From contig JBBSXC010000003.1 of NCBI GenBank assembly GCA_038045945.1, positions 188,414 to 252,413 on the forward strand: a stretch of 64,000 nucleotides of DNA, written 5' to 3'. The notes under the pieces are model-generated. The model ran no database searches. It saw only the letters and a program-made list of their open reading frames with translations, and was not told the origin of the DNA. Source of the DNA: Nanobdellota archaeon. GTDB lineage: Archaea > Nanobdellota > Nanobdellia > Pacearchaeales > GW2011-AR1. This document shows, one piece after another, positions 1-9,132 of the stretch (position 1 is its first letter; every line of letters starts with the position of its first letter). A program made the position numbers and the translations under genes.

Positions 1-2
1 AC

Positions 3-143
3 CCAACAGGAATAAGAGAAGTGCCAATTTTTGAAGTAGATTCGTACACAGTTATGGATGATAAATCCACAAGGACAGTACACCCCATAACTACCGATGA
101 GCTAAGAAGAAAAAGAAAAGAGTTTGTACCAGAAAAAGATTAA
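3..143 (+). CDS. 3' end of a hypothetical protein entering from the left edge
   Basis: Open frame from 3 (PTGIREVPIFEV...VPEKD) to TAA at 141-143, convergent with the next gene. Confidence 0.55.
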   Translation, partial: PTGIREVPIFEVDSYTVMDDKSTRTVHPITTDELRRKRKEFVPEKD

Positions 144-156
144 TATTTTTTAAGAA

Positions 157-453
157 TTATGAAAGAGAAACTATATCCTTCTGCTTAATCTCTCTTTTAT
201 TCTCATAAATTATAGTATTTCCTCTGTTCATCCTTTTGATATTTACGAGAACTAATTTTTTATCATCTTCATAAATTTTCAGTATGTGAGTAGGAAGTAT
301 GGATTTATCCCCCGCCAGGTGTAATCTTATCTCTCTTAGCTCTATATCAAAATTTTTACCTTCAACTTCAAAGTTGCTATCTATAACACCATATTCTCTA
401 CCTTCAATTTTTATTTTACCACCAACTGGGCAAATTATCATCTTAAAACTCAT
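157..453 (-). CDS. hypothetical protein, last gene of the Fe-S operon
   Basis: 98-aa ORF whose start overlaps the ferredoxin 3' end. Confidence 0.6.
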   Translation of the reverse strand: MSFKMIICPVGGKIKIEGREYGVIDSNFEVEGKNFDIELREIRLHLAGDKSILPTHILKIYEDDKKLVLVNIKRMNRGNTIIYENKREIKQKDIVSLS

Positions 454-712
454 CGTACTTTATTTTTACTTCTCCTTCCATTATTCTACACTGACACATG
501 AGTCTGCGATTCTCTCCCTCGTCTAAACCATAATCTTTTTCTTCAGGAGTTAGTGGCGAAAGGTTTTCTTCACCTTCTTCAATATTAGTAAGGCATGTAC
601 CACAAGTCCCACTTTCACAAGAAAATAAAACGCCAAGCTCGCCCGCGGCGTCTTTTATTGGTTCTCCATCAGGAACCTCAATTTCCAAATTATCATTCTT
701 AAGAATAGCCAT
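443..712 (-). CDS. fdx: [2Fe-2S] ferredoxin (Fer2 family)
   Basis: CESGTCGTC plus distal RLMCQC motif; acidic 89 aa; Fe-S operon context. Confidence 0.9.
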   Translation of the reverse strand: MAILKNDNLEIEVPDGEPIKDAAGELGVLFSCESGTCGTCLTNIEEGEENLSPLTPEEKDYGLDEGENRRLMCQCRIMEGEVKIKYDEF

Positions 713-718
713 AGTTTT

Positions 719-1342
719 TTATTTGCAACAAGCACAACCCTCATTATTCATACTTGCAGTAATCTTAAAACCTTTGCTTTCACCATCGTTAGCGTAATCA
801 ATACTTATTCCAGAAAAATTATCTAAGTGATCCTTATTAAGAACGATTTTAACGCCCTCTTTAGCAGTATCAACAATAACATCATTCTTTGATGGTTTTG
901 CTTCAAAACCTAAAGAGTAAAGGTTTTGGCAACAAGAATCTTCACTGGCACCATTAAAATTAATTCTTAAAAAAACATCTTTTTTAAGTTCCTTACTCTT
1001 ACGAGACAAAATATCACTTAGCATAAGTAATGCTTGCTTACTAACTATTATACTATCATCTTCATCTTTTGATGATTCTTTCTTCTTACTAACAACCTTG
1101 TTCATATCATCAACTAAAGAATTAATTATATCCTCATCAAAACCGTGGCCTTCACATCCTTGCTCAACAGTCTCAAACTGGTTAGCGTTACAACCAACAC
1201 AATGAAGACCGTACTCTGTCATAACGTCTGAAAGCTCATCAATATGCTGGGGGAAACGTTTGAAAATATCACTAATGGTCCAATCTTTACCAATCCTTAA
1301 TGATTTTACTTCTTTTTTAGAAAAACTTTTTTTATTAGGCAT
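719..1342 (-). CDS. DUF1858-like domain fused to HesB/IscA (A-type Fe-S carrier)-like domain
   Basis: N-terminal GLHCVGC..ETVEQGCEGHG; C-terminal half with SCC..YSLGF, IDY..GFKI and terminal GCACC. Confidence 0.75.
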   Translation of the reverse strand: MPNKKSFSKKEVKSLRIGKDWTISDIFKRFPQHIDELSDVMTEYGLHCVGCNANQFETVEQGCEGHGFDEDIINSLVDDMNKVVSKKKESSKDEDDSIIVSKQALLMLSDILSRKSKELKKDVFLRINFNGASEDSCCQNLYSLGFEAKPSKNDVIVDTAKEGVKIVLNKDHLDNFSGISIDYANDGESKGFKITASMNNEGCACCK

Positions 1343-1347
1343 TATAA

Positions 1348-2052
1348 TTATCCTCCGTAATACTTCTCCATGTAGAATTTTATTAGTTCTTTAACTTTTG
1401 GTATGCAAGACTTATCACTAATACCCACTTTTGTTTTCTTCTGAACTGCTTCAAAATCTTGTGCTCCTTCAAGAACTGCTTCCTCAATATCCTTATCAGT
1501 AATTTTAAGCACCATATCAATTACTTGAGCCCCCTCAACAACAATCCTGCTGTGCTGTTCTGTCTTCTTGAAATAATCATTAATAGCCTGACGTAAAGCC
1601 TTATCACCTAAGACTGAACAGTGGAATTTTCTTTGAGGCAAGTCACCAAGACGCTTTACTATATCCTGAGGCTTTATTTTAAGTGCTTGCTCCAGAGGCA
1701 TACCACCATTCTCTGTTATCATAACAGTTAATATTGATGTGCTCGCTATTGCTGAACCACAACCAAAAGTTTTGAATAAGCAACCAACAATTTTATCATT
1801 AGCAGTATCAACTTTTATCCACATATCCATCTTATCCCCACAAGCCGGAGAACCAACACTTCCATAACCGTTAGCCCCGAAGTCTTTTAGTTGCGATTCG
1901 CTTCGCAACAAGTTTCTTGGGTTGAAAAAGTGTTCCTTAACAGTATCAGTATAAAACCACCCCTCAGTTTTACCAGCCTCAACTTTTACCTCAACATCCT
2001 TATGCCTCATAGGCTTAAACTCAACAAAAGTTTTTAATTCATCATCAATCAT
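1348..2052 (-). CDS. iscU: Fe-S scaffold IscU/NifU_N with degenerate BFD-like C-terminal domain
   Basis: HFFNPRN, GSPACGD, FKTFGCGSAIAS and KFHCS motifs. Confidence 0.92.
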   Translation of the reverse strand: MIDDELKTFVEFKPMRHKDVEVKVEAGKTEGWFYTDTVKEHFFNPRNLLRSESQLKDFGANGYGSVGSPACGDKMDMWIKVDTANDKIVGCLFKTFGCGSAIASTSILTVMITENGGMPLEQALKIKPQDIVKRLGDLPQRKFHCSVLGDKALRQAINDYFKKTEQHSRIVVEGAQVIDMVLKITDKDIEEAVLEGAQDFEAVQKKTKVGISDKSCIPKVKELIKFYMEKYYGG

Positions 2053-2054
2053 GA

Positions 2055-2408
2055 TTAAGCTAATACTCCCTCAAGTTTTGATTCTTTAATTGCTAAATTC
2101 ATGCCGGCTCTTGAACAATATGCTCTTTCATATTCTTCTTTAAATCTCTCATCAACTCTTCCAAAATCTTTAAGATGTTCTTTAGTTCTTTTATAAGCTT
2201 CATATGTAGAAAAAGCATTTCCAAAAGCCCCAATTATTGTAATAACTAGTAACATTGTTGGGGGAGTACCAATAATAATTTTATTAACAATTTTATCTTG
2301 TGATTCTACTAGATTATAACCAGTTATCCCTGCAGCTGAAGCAAGACCCAAACCCACCAGAGAACTTTTATTCTCCCAGGCACACTTAACATAATCTTTA
2401 ACACTCAT
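2055..2408 (-). CDS. hypothetical membrane protein inside the Fe-S operon
   Basis: 117 aa, two hydrophobic segments, ATGA overlap with the iscS stop. Confidence 0.7.
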   Translation of the reverse strand: MSVKDYVKCAWENKSSLVGLGLASAAGITGYNLVESQDKIVNKIIIGTPPTMLLVITIIGAFGNAFSTYEAYKRTKEHLKDFGRVDERFKEEYERAYCSRAGMNLAIKESKLEGVLA

Positions 2409-3604
2409 TTTCCTATTGGTAAAACCTCATCCATTTTAAGATTAACAGGACTGATTTCTCTCAAACGTTCAATAATTCCAGGCAGAACTTGGATAACTTT
2501 ATCAATTTCAGCCCTAGTAGTTGAACGACCAAGAGTGAAACGAATACTACCATGAGCAACTTCGTAAGGCCGCCCGCACGCAAGAATAACGTGAGAAGGA
2601 TCCAGTGTTTTAGAAGTACAAGCACTGCCGCTTGAAGCACAAATACCAGCAACTTCATTCATCATAAGCATAATAGCTTCACCCTCAACATCAATGAACG
2701 AAATATTAACATTATTACAAAGCCTCATAGTAGGATGACCATTAAGCATAGTTTTAGAAATCTTACTCATAAGACCCTTAATCATATAATCCCTAAGTTC
2801 TGTAAGCCTCTTAACTTCAAAAGTTTTTTCTTCTTCAGCAATCTCTAAAGCTTTAACAAAACCCATAATGCCAGCAAGATTTTCAGTACCACTACGAAGG
2901 CCTTTCTCCTGACCTCCACCAAACATAATAGGTTTAATCAAGACTCCTGTTCTAACATAAAGTATCCCAACACCTTTAGGACCGTAAAGCTTACTACCAT
3001 TAAGAGTCATCAAGTCAACACCAAGTTTTTTAGTATCGATATCTAAGTATCCTGCTGCTTGACAAGCATCAGTATGGAAAAAGACTTTTCTTTCCTTACA
3101 AACCTTAGCCAGTTCGCTAATGTTATTCACGCTACCAATCTCATTATTAGCATACATTATAGTAACAAGTAAAGTATCATCCCTAATAGCAGCTCTTAAC
3201 TTCTCTGCGCTGACTATCCCAAACTCATCAACATCTAAATAAGTAATAGTAAATCCTGCAGTTTCTAAGTATTCACAAGTTTCTAAAACAGCTTTGTGTT
3301 CAACTTTACTTGTGATTATGTGCTTCTTTTTACCATTAGCATAAGCTCTAGCAACACCCTGTAATGCAATATTGATACTTTCTGTCCCACTACCAGTAAA
3401 GATTACTTCACTAGCAGAACAATTAATAATTTTTGCCATTCTAGCACGAGCATCATCCAAAGCATTCTTACCACGTAAACCTATAGTGTTAAAGCTCCCA
3501 GGATTACCATACACTCCTTCCTTACCCATATACTTTTCCATCTCAAGAATAACTCGCTTATCAGTATAAGTCGTAGCTGCATTATCCAAATAGATCTCTG
3601 ACAT
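2405..3604 (-). CDS. iscS: cysteine desulfurase IscS/NifS
   Basis: IYLDNAATT, GSKLYGPKG (PLP lysine), RSGTEN, SSGSACTS catalytic Cys; start reassigned to MSEIYLD. Confidence 0.96.
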   Translation of the reverse strand: MSEIYLDNAATTYTDKRVILEMEKYMGKEGVYGNPGSFNTIGLRGKNALDDARARMAKIINCSASEVIFTGSGTESINIALQGVARAYANGKKKHIITSKVEHKAVLETCEYLETAGFTITYLDVDEFGIVSAEKLRAAIRDDTLLVTIMYANNEIGSVNNISELAKVCKERKVFFHTDACQAAGYLDIDTKKLGVDLMTLNGSKLYGPKGVGILYVRTGVLIKPIMFGGGQEKGLRSGTENLAGIMGFVKALEIAEEEKTFEVKRLTELRDYMIKGLMSKISKTMLNGHPTMRLCNNVNISFIDVEGEAIMLMMNEVAGICASSGSACTSKTLDPSHVILACGRPYEVAHGSIRFTLGRSTTRAEIDKVIQVLPGIIERLREISPVNLKMDEVLPIGK

Positions 3605-3681
3605 TACCATTAAATTAACAACAAAACTAGCATATAAAAAGTTAACGATAGTGAACAATTATACAAAATAATTCTACTTTT

Positions 3682-4080
3682 TTATAATCTTTCAAGTAAC
3701 GAAACATCTTTTCTGCGCCTCAATTCTTCTAACTTTGCCTCAGGATTTACTTTATCCCACTCATAAGTCGATAAATAAAAGTCGCCTTCACCAACAGAAA
3801 GGTCATATTTACAAAAAGGTTTATACCCAACAACTTTTGAAAAAGCATTAACTAATCTTTCAAAATCTGAATCTAAAGACCCTTCACGGCTAACAACCAA
3901 CTCTTTATCAGCAACATGAGAAACAAACACAGGCTTCCCATTATACTTAAAAAATCCAAAATCTTGCTCAAAATCTCTCTCATTTAAACCTCCTTGACTA
4001 ACTAAGTCTCGCTCAACTAGTAACAAATGCCACAAACCATTATTTTGAAGTGTTTCAGACATAAAAATACTCTGAGCCAC
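3682..4080 (-). CDS. hypothetical protein
   Basis: 132-aa ORF with minus-strand codon style; true start may be the ATG at 4062. Confidence 0.65.
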   Translation of the reverse strand: MAQSIFMSETLQNNGLWHLLLVERDLVSQGGLNERDFEQDFGFFKYNGKPVFVSHVADKELVVSREGSLDSDFERLVNAFSKVVGYKPFCKYDLSVGEGDFYLSTYEWDKVNPEAKLEELRRRKDVSLLERL

Positions 4081-4103
4081 CTACAGTTAAAAGCATTATG
4101 CTA

Positions 4104-4334
4104 TTAGAAGATATCTCTTACTTTGTCAACAAACGTTCTTCTTCCATTAACCATTGAGCCTATTAGGATAGCAATTCCTGCCCCAACAGCAGCACTTATT
4201 GCTAAGGACTTCCAAGGATTATTACTTATCATTTCTTGCGCATGATCCTTAGCATCAAGGATGTTTTCTCCAACTTTGTCCTTCTTCCACTTTAAGAATT
4301 CAGCCCAACTCGCCTCATCGTCTTTTCTTGCCAT
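4104..4334 (-). CDS. YqjD/ElaB (DUF883)-like small membrane-anchored protein
   Basis: NPWKSLAISAAVGAGIAILIG C-terminal TM followed by RR. Confidence 0.75.
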   Translation of the reverse strand: MARKDDEASWAEFLKWKKDKVGENILDAKDHAQEMISNNPWKSLAISAAVGAGIAILIGSMVNGRRTFVDKVRDIF

Positions 4335-4339
4335 AAATT

Positions 4340-4636
4340 TTATACCTCCTTGAGTTTATTTATTATGAAAGCTAACAACAAGAGTAAAACACCAATTATT
4401 AAGAATAATAATGACCTGTTTACACCCAAATAATCAATCATAAAGAACATTAAACTTAACAATAAGAATAAGGCAGAAATCATCATTATTTGTAAACTTA
4501 CAACTTTTCTTATTATTCTTCTTTCAATTCTCCAGACTTCCCTCTTTATATGAAAAATTACATCATCCTTAACATTTTTCAACCACCCCAAAGAAGCCTG
4601 ACCTAAACCACTAAGCAAATAATTAATTAAGCTCAT
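4340..4636 (-). CDS. two-TM membrane protein (YqjE/phage-holin-like family)
   Basis: Amphipathic N-terminus, two TM helices, directly upstream of the DUF883 gene. Confidence 0.55.
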   Translation of the reverse strand: MSLINYLLSGLGQASLGWLKNVKDDVIFHIKREVWRIERRIIRKVVSLQIMMISALFLLLSLMFFMIDYLGVNRSLLFLIIGVLLLLLAFIINKLKEV

Positions 4637-4715
4637 TTCTTAAATTAAAAGAGAAATTGTTATATATTGAAGCGCTGTATAAAACAATACTTCAATTTTT
4701 TCCTTAACAGCTAAA

Positions 4716-5288
4716 TTATATTTTTCCCACTAAATCAAGTCCAGGCCTTAAAGTTTTTTGTCCCGGTTTCCAATTCATAGGGCAAACTTCACCACTATGT
4801 TCTGCAGTGTATTTTGCAGCTTGAATTTTACGCAATAATTCATCAACACTACGACCAATATCATTATTATGGAACTCAAAAGCTTTAACTAACCCTTCCG
4901 GATCAATCAAAAACGTTGCCCTTAAAGAAAGACCAGCATCAGAGCCATCATCAATTAATGTCTCATAATCCATACATACCTGCCTTGTAGGATCAGCAAG
5001 CATAGGAAAGCGAATCTTCTTAATAGTTGCAGAATGATCATGCCAAGCCTTATGAACAAAAACAGTATCAACACTAACACTAATAACCTCAGCACCTAAA
5101 GCCCTAAACTCATCATAATGATCAGCTAATTCTCCAAGCTCTGTAGGACAAACAAAAGTGAAATCAGCAGGATAAAAGAATAATATAACCCATTTACCCC
5201 TATAATCTGACAAATTAATAATTTTTTCCACTCCATTAACAAATGCCTTACCAGAAAATTCTGGAGCCTCAGAATTAATCTTAATCAT
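4716..5288 (-). CDS. ahpC: 2-Cys peroxiredoxin AhpC
   Basis: FYPADFTFVCPTE and GEVCP motifs. Confidence 0.95.
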   Translation of the reverse strand: MIKINSEAPEFSGKAFVNGVEKIINLSDYRGKWVILFFYPADFTFVCPTELGELADHYDEFRALGAEVISVSVDTVFVHKAWHDHSATIKKIRFPMLADPTRQVCMDYETLIDDGSDAGLSLRATFLIDPEGLVKAFEFHNNDIGRSVDELLRKIQAAKYTAEHSGEVCPMNWKPGQKTLRPGLDLVGKI

Positions 5289-5339
5289 GATAACAAAAAA
5301 GCAAGGATGATATATAAAGATTGTTATAAAGGATTAGAA

Positions 5340-5708
5340 TTATGCCGCTTTCTGATAATAACCTTGCCAAACCCTATCAGAAAAAAATTTAACCTTTTCA
5401 GCACATTCTGAACCATACTCCTCCATAAAAAAATTACCAAAAATTTTTGATTCACCTAAAACTCTAGAAGTTATGGAAGAAACATCTTCAACAACTCGCG
5501 CACGACCATAATATGTAAGAACCCCTATAACCCACCCAGCATTATAATGCTCACGACTATTAACAACTAATAATATGCCAACAGGCTCTTCTAAAGCATC
5601 ACCCAAACTTTTAGCAAATACTTCCTTACTAAAAGTAGTTCCAGGCCTGCTAGCAAGAACGGCCAATACTAAATGCAGAGGTGATACCCCGCGATCTTCA
5701 CGTACCAT
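5340..5708 (-). CDS. hypothetical protein
   Basis: Start reassigned to MVREDRG, about 22 nt downstream of a TATA-like box at 5731-5738. Confidence 0.6.
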   Translation of the reverse strand: MVREDRGVSPLHLVLAVLASRPGTTFSKEVFAKSLGDALEEPVGILLVVNSREHYNAGWVIGVLTYYGRARVVEDVSSITSRVLGESKIFGNFFMEEYGSECAEKVKFFSDRVWQGYYQKAA

Positions 5709-5906
5709 AATTAAGAAAGAGAAAAGTGAGTTTATAAGAAGGAGAAGTATGAACAAAGACAACTACCTAAAAAAATTTTTAGTTATTATGATGCCTAAGC
5801 TTTTTTACAAAAAACAAATTTTTTGTATAAACCTTTAGGGAAAAATTTGATAAAAACCTTAATAAACGTCTTTAAACTAATATTTTTGAGGAATAAAAGG
5901 AGTGAT

Positions 5907-6737
5907 ATGGATAAGAGCAAGATTCTAGGAATAATTTTCGGAACACTAATAATAATAGGAAGCGTAATATGGCTAATAGGAAGCCAACTATTATTATTCG
6001 TAGTAGGAATTGGAATAATGGTAGCAGCACTACCATTTGTAATATCAGCCATATCAACAACAACAAAAGAAAGAGAAATAGATGAAATGTTCCTAGAATT
6101 CTCAAGAAACCTGGTAGAAAGCGTAGGAAGCGGAACACCAATAAGCAAAAGTATAATAAACCTAAAAGGAAAAGATTACGGACAACTAACAGGACACATA
6201 GACAAGTTAGGAAACCAAATATCACTAGGGATACCATTACAAAAAGCACTAATAATATTCGCTTATGACACAGGAAGCCAAGCAATAAAAAGAGCAGTAG
6301 CACAAATAAGCGAAGCAGAAAAAGCCGGAGGAGACATAGGAAAAATTTTAGAGTCAGTAGCAGAATCAGTATCACAAGTAGAAAAACTAAAAAAAGAACA
6401 AAAATCAGCAATATACAACTTAGTAGTACAAGGATACATAATATTCCTAGTGTTCATAGCAATAATACTAGTAGTACAATTCAAAATACTACCATTAACA
6501 TCATCAATAGGAAATTACGGAGTATCAAGCGACGTAACAGCATTCCAAAACGTGGGGTTATCAAGCGAAAAATTCGCAACACCATTCCTACTACTAATAC
6601 TAACACAAGGAGTATTCACGGGCCTAGTCATAGGAAAAATATCCGAAGGAAAAATAAAATCAGGAGTAAAACACTCATTCATACTATCAGCATTATCATT
6701 CCTAATACTAATGGGAGCAAGGGCAGCATTCGGATAA
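5907..6737 (+). CDS. type II secretion/type IV pilus platform protein (T2SSF, TadC/ArlJ-like)
   Basis: FLEFSRNL..SG, LGIPLQKAL, AEKAGGDIGKILE, GKISEG..SGVKH; AGGAG RBS before ATG 5907. Confidence 0.88.
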   Translation: MDKSKILGIIFGTLIIIGSVIWLIGSQLLLFVVGIGIMVAALPFVISAISTTTKEREIDEMFLEFSRNLVESVGSGTPISKSIINLKGKDYGQLTGHIDKLGNQISLGIPLQKALIIFAYDTGSQAIKRAVAQISEAEKAGGDIGKILESVAESVSQVEKLKKEQKSAIYNLVVQGYIIFLVFIAIILVVQFKILPLTSSIGNYGVSSDVTAFQNVGLSSEKFATPFLLLILTQGVFTGLVIGKISEGKIKSGVKHSFILSALSFLILMGARAAFG

Positions 6738-6757
6738 AAAAACAAAAATTTAACACA

Positions 6758-7054
6758 ATGAAATACTTATTAATAACAGACATAAAAACAAAACTAAGCG
6801 ACGCACAAGTAATGATGATAGCAGAAGTAAGAACAAAAAAATTAATAAAAGTAGAAGGACTAACAAAAAAATCTTTCGTTTATGATCGCAACAACAGTAT
6901 TTATCACGAAATATACGAATTTGACAGCGAAGAATCATTAAGAAGTTACGTAAAGACAAACTTCGCTAATAACGTAGCAGAAGAATATAAAACGACAGAA
7001 CCAGTAAAGATTAGAATAATGAGAGTGCTAAAAGAGCAAAAAAATGATAAATAA
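6758..7054 (+). CDS. YdhR-like dimeric alpha-beta barrel protein
   Basis: GLTKKSF...IYEFDSEESLRSY pattern, 98 aa. Confidence 0.5.
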   Translation: MKYLLITDIKTKLSDAQVMMIAEVRTKKLIKVEGLTKKSFVYDRNNSIYHEIYEFDSEESLRSYVKTNFANNVAEEYKTTEPVKIRIMRVLKEQKNDK

Positions 7055-7745
7055 TATAACAACAAGTAAAAGAGGTCAGACACACCTAGAAGCAATACTA
7101 GCAACAGTAATATTCATAGGATTCGTATTCGTACTGTTATACATAATAAAGCCCTTTGAGACTAAAGGGGGAAGCGACAATTCAGAATCACTAATTATAA
7201 CAATACCAAAATATTTAGAAGCAAACATGACAGAACTAGGAATAAAAGTAACTAATAATGCAAACAAGTGCTTCTCAATACCATTATCAACAGGAAAAGT
7301 AAAAACTTACAGAGTAACAAGCGACAAAGAAGAATTAGTAGACTCTAAAGGAACAGGAACAAACTTACTAATAGACGGACCAAGCGGATTCTACCACGTT
7401 TACCAATGGGAAGAATTCGACGATAACTCAACAATTAACAGTTGCGCATCAACAAGTAATTATCAGTTAGCATCATCAAGAAAAATAGACGCATTATCAT
7501 ACAAAAAAATGTTATCCTTTAATGAGACGTATAACACAAACTACCAAGAAAGTAAAATTAGTGTAGGAGCACCAGACAATAGCGATTATGGAATAATAAT
7601 TATAGATGACTCAGGAAAAGAAATAATAAGAGCACTAAAAGTACCTAAAAGCCAAATAAACGTAAACGTTAAAGAAGTACAAAAAATAATGGTTTATACT
7701 AACGGCAGCATGCAAAACGTTCGTTTAAGGGTATACTCATACTAA
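7044..7745 (+). CDS. pilin-like protein with class III signal peptide
   Basis: KRG/QTHLE (Glu at +5) followed by a hydrophobic helix. Confidence 0.75.
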   Translation: MINNITTSKRGQTHLEAILATVIFIGFVFVLLYIIKPFETKGGSDNSESLIITIPKYLEANMTELGIKVTNNANKCFSIPLSTGKVKTYRVTSDKEELVDSKGTGTNLLIDGPSGFYHVYQWEEFDDNSTINSCASTSNYQLASSRKIDALSYKKMLSFNETYNTNYQESKISVGAPDNSDYGIIIIDDSGKEIIRALKVPKSQINVNVKEVQKIMVYTNGSMQNVRLRVYSY

Positions 7746-7751
7746 AAAACA

Positions 7752-8204
7752 ATGATAATGTTTAAACAAAATGATGATAAGAAAGGGATTATTAGAATAA
7801 TAGAATCATTCTTAGCAATACTACTAATACTTGGAGCAACAGTTTTAGTCTTCTCAAGATTTACAGACAATAACCTGGAAAGCCAAAGCATTAGCTCTAA
7901 TGAAAAAGCAATAATGGAACAATTAGCTAACAACGCAGAACTAAGAGGAATAATAATAAACACAGACGTAAACAACGATAACGGAGTTGCAACAAGCGTA
8001 GACCAAAAAATTATTGATTTTGTGAGCAAAAGAGTACAAGCAGGATACGAATACGAGATAAAAATTTGCAAACTAGAAAGCATTTGCGCAAGCAGCAGCT
8101 ACCACGAGCAAGTATTCGCAGAAGAAAGAGTAATATCATCAAACATCAACGATTATTCACCAAGAAAAATAAAAATTTATGAGTGGAAAACAGGAACAAA
8201 ATGA
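7752..8204 (+). CDS. pilin-like protein with class III-like signal peptide
   Basis: KKG/IIRIIE followed by a hydrophobic helix; adjacent to another pilin-like gene. Confidence 0.65.
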   Translation: MIMFKQNDDKKGIIRIIESFLAILLILGATVLVFSRFTDNNLESQSISSNEKAIMEQLANNAELRGIIINTDVNNDNGVATSVDQKIIDFVSKRVQAGYEYEIKICKLESICASSSYHEQVFAEERVISSNINDYSPRKIKIYEWKTGTK

Positions 8205-8695
8205 AAATAACAAAAAAGAAGAAAATTGCCATAAAAAAAACCAAAAAAGTTGTTATTGAACCATACCAATTCTTAGACCACACAGCTGACGTAAAATTTA
8301 GAGCTTATGGAAAAACACTAGAAGAAACATTCGAAAATTGTGCAATGGCAGTTAAAGAAACAATAACCAAAAGCGAAATATCAGCTGTCCTAACTAAAGG
8401 TTGTGGAATGATGGCAGACGACTTAGAAGGACTCTTGCAAAACTTCCTTGAAGAAATAATATTCTTATTCGACAGCGAAAACTTCATAGTTGCAAAAATA
8501 GAAAAATTAAGAATAATAAAAGATACTGTAGGATTCTCACTAGCTTGCGACTTCGCAGGAGACTTAACGAGCGGAAAAGACACACAGGGCAATAGTTACG
8601 ATTTTGAGGAACACATCAAAGCAATAACTTATCACGAGATGAGCATAAAAAAAGTTAATGGTAATTACGAAATAGAAGTAGTATTAGACGTATAA
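8201..8695 (+). CDS. archease (RtcB activator)
   Basis: YQFLDHTADV and IKAITYH...VLDV motifs; ATG at 8201 overlaps the upstream TGA. Confidence 0.93.
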   Translation: MKITKKKKIAIKKTKKVVIEPYQFLDHTADVKFRAYGKTLEETFENCAMAVKETITKSEISAVLTKGCGMMADDLEGLLQNFLEEIIFLFDSENFIVAKIEKLRIIKDTVGFSLACDFAGDLTSGKDTQGNSYDFEEHIKAITYHEMSIKKVNGNYEIEVVLDV

Positions 8696-9058
8696 TTAAA
8701 TAGCAACACGCCTAGAGTTTTCTTTCTGACTAGAAGCCCACTTTTCTAACATCTCAAGACCAGCCTTAGTATGAACCTCTAAAGGATCATAAACTGGGGC
8801 AGGCATATTAAACCCGCGAGGTGAAGCTCTAGGCGCACTAATAACACCATAATGTGCTAGTACAAGATCCGCTCTAGGATCAAATAAGCCAGCAGACCTA
8901 AGCAAATCATCAACTTCTTGCCTAATAAACGGGCCAGGTTCAGGAATTGAGGTTAGTCTAGAATAATGACGTTTATCTCTTGGATTCATCCCAGAGGCAT
9001 CTTGATACTTCTGAAGAAATTTTAATGAAGAAGCATGATCATACTCTCTGTGTGACAT
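8696..9058 (-). CDS. hypothetical protein between archease and rtcB
   Basis: Start reassigned to MSHREYD; own TATA-like box upstream; minus-strand codon style. Confidence 0.6.
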   Translation of the reverse strand: MSHREYDHASSLKFLQKYQDASGMNPRDKRHYSRLTSIPEPGPFIRQEVDDLLRSAGLFDPRADLVLAHYGVISAPRASPRGFNMPAPVYDPLEVHTKAGLEMLEKWASSQKENSRRVAI

Positions 9059-9132
9059 GAGAAGGGAAAAATCGTGGTTGTTTAAAAGGATTATGGTTAT
9101 AGAAAACTTATAAACAAAGAAAACGAGGATAA

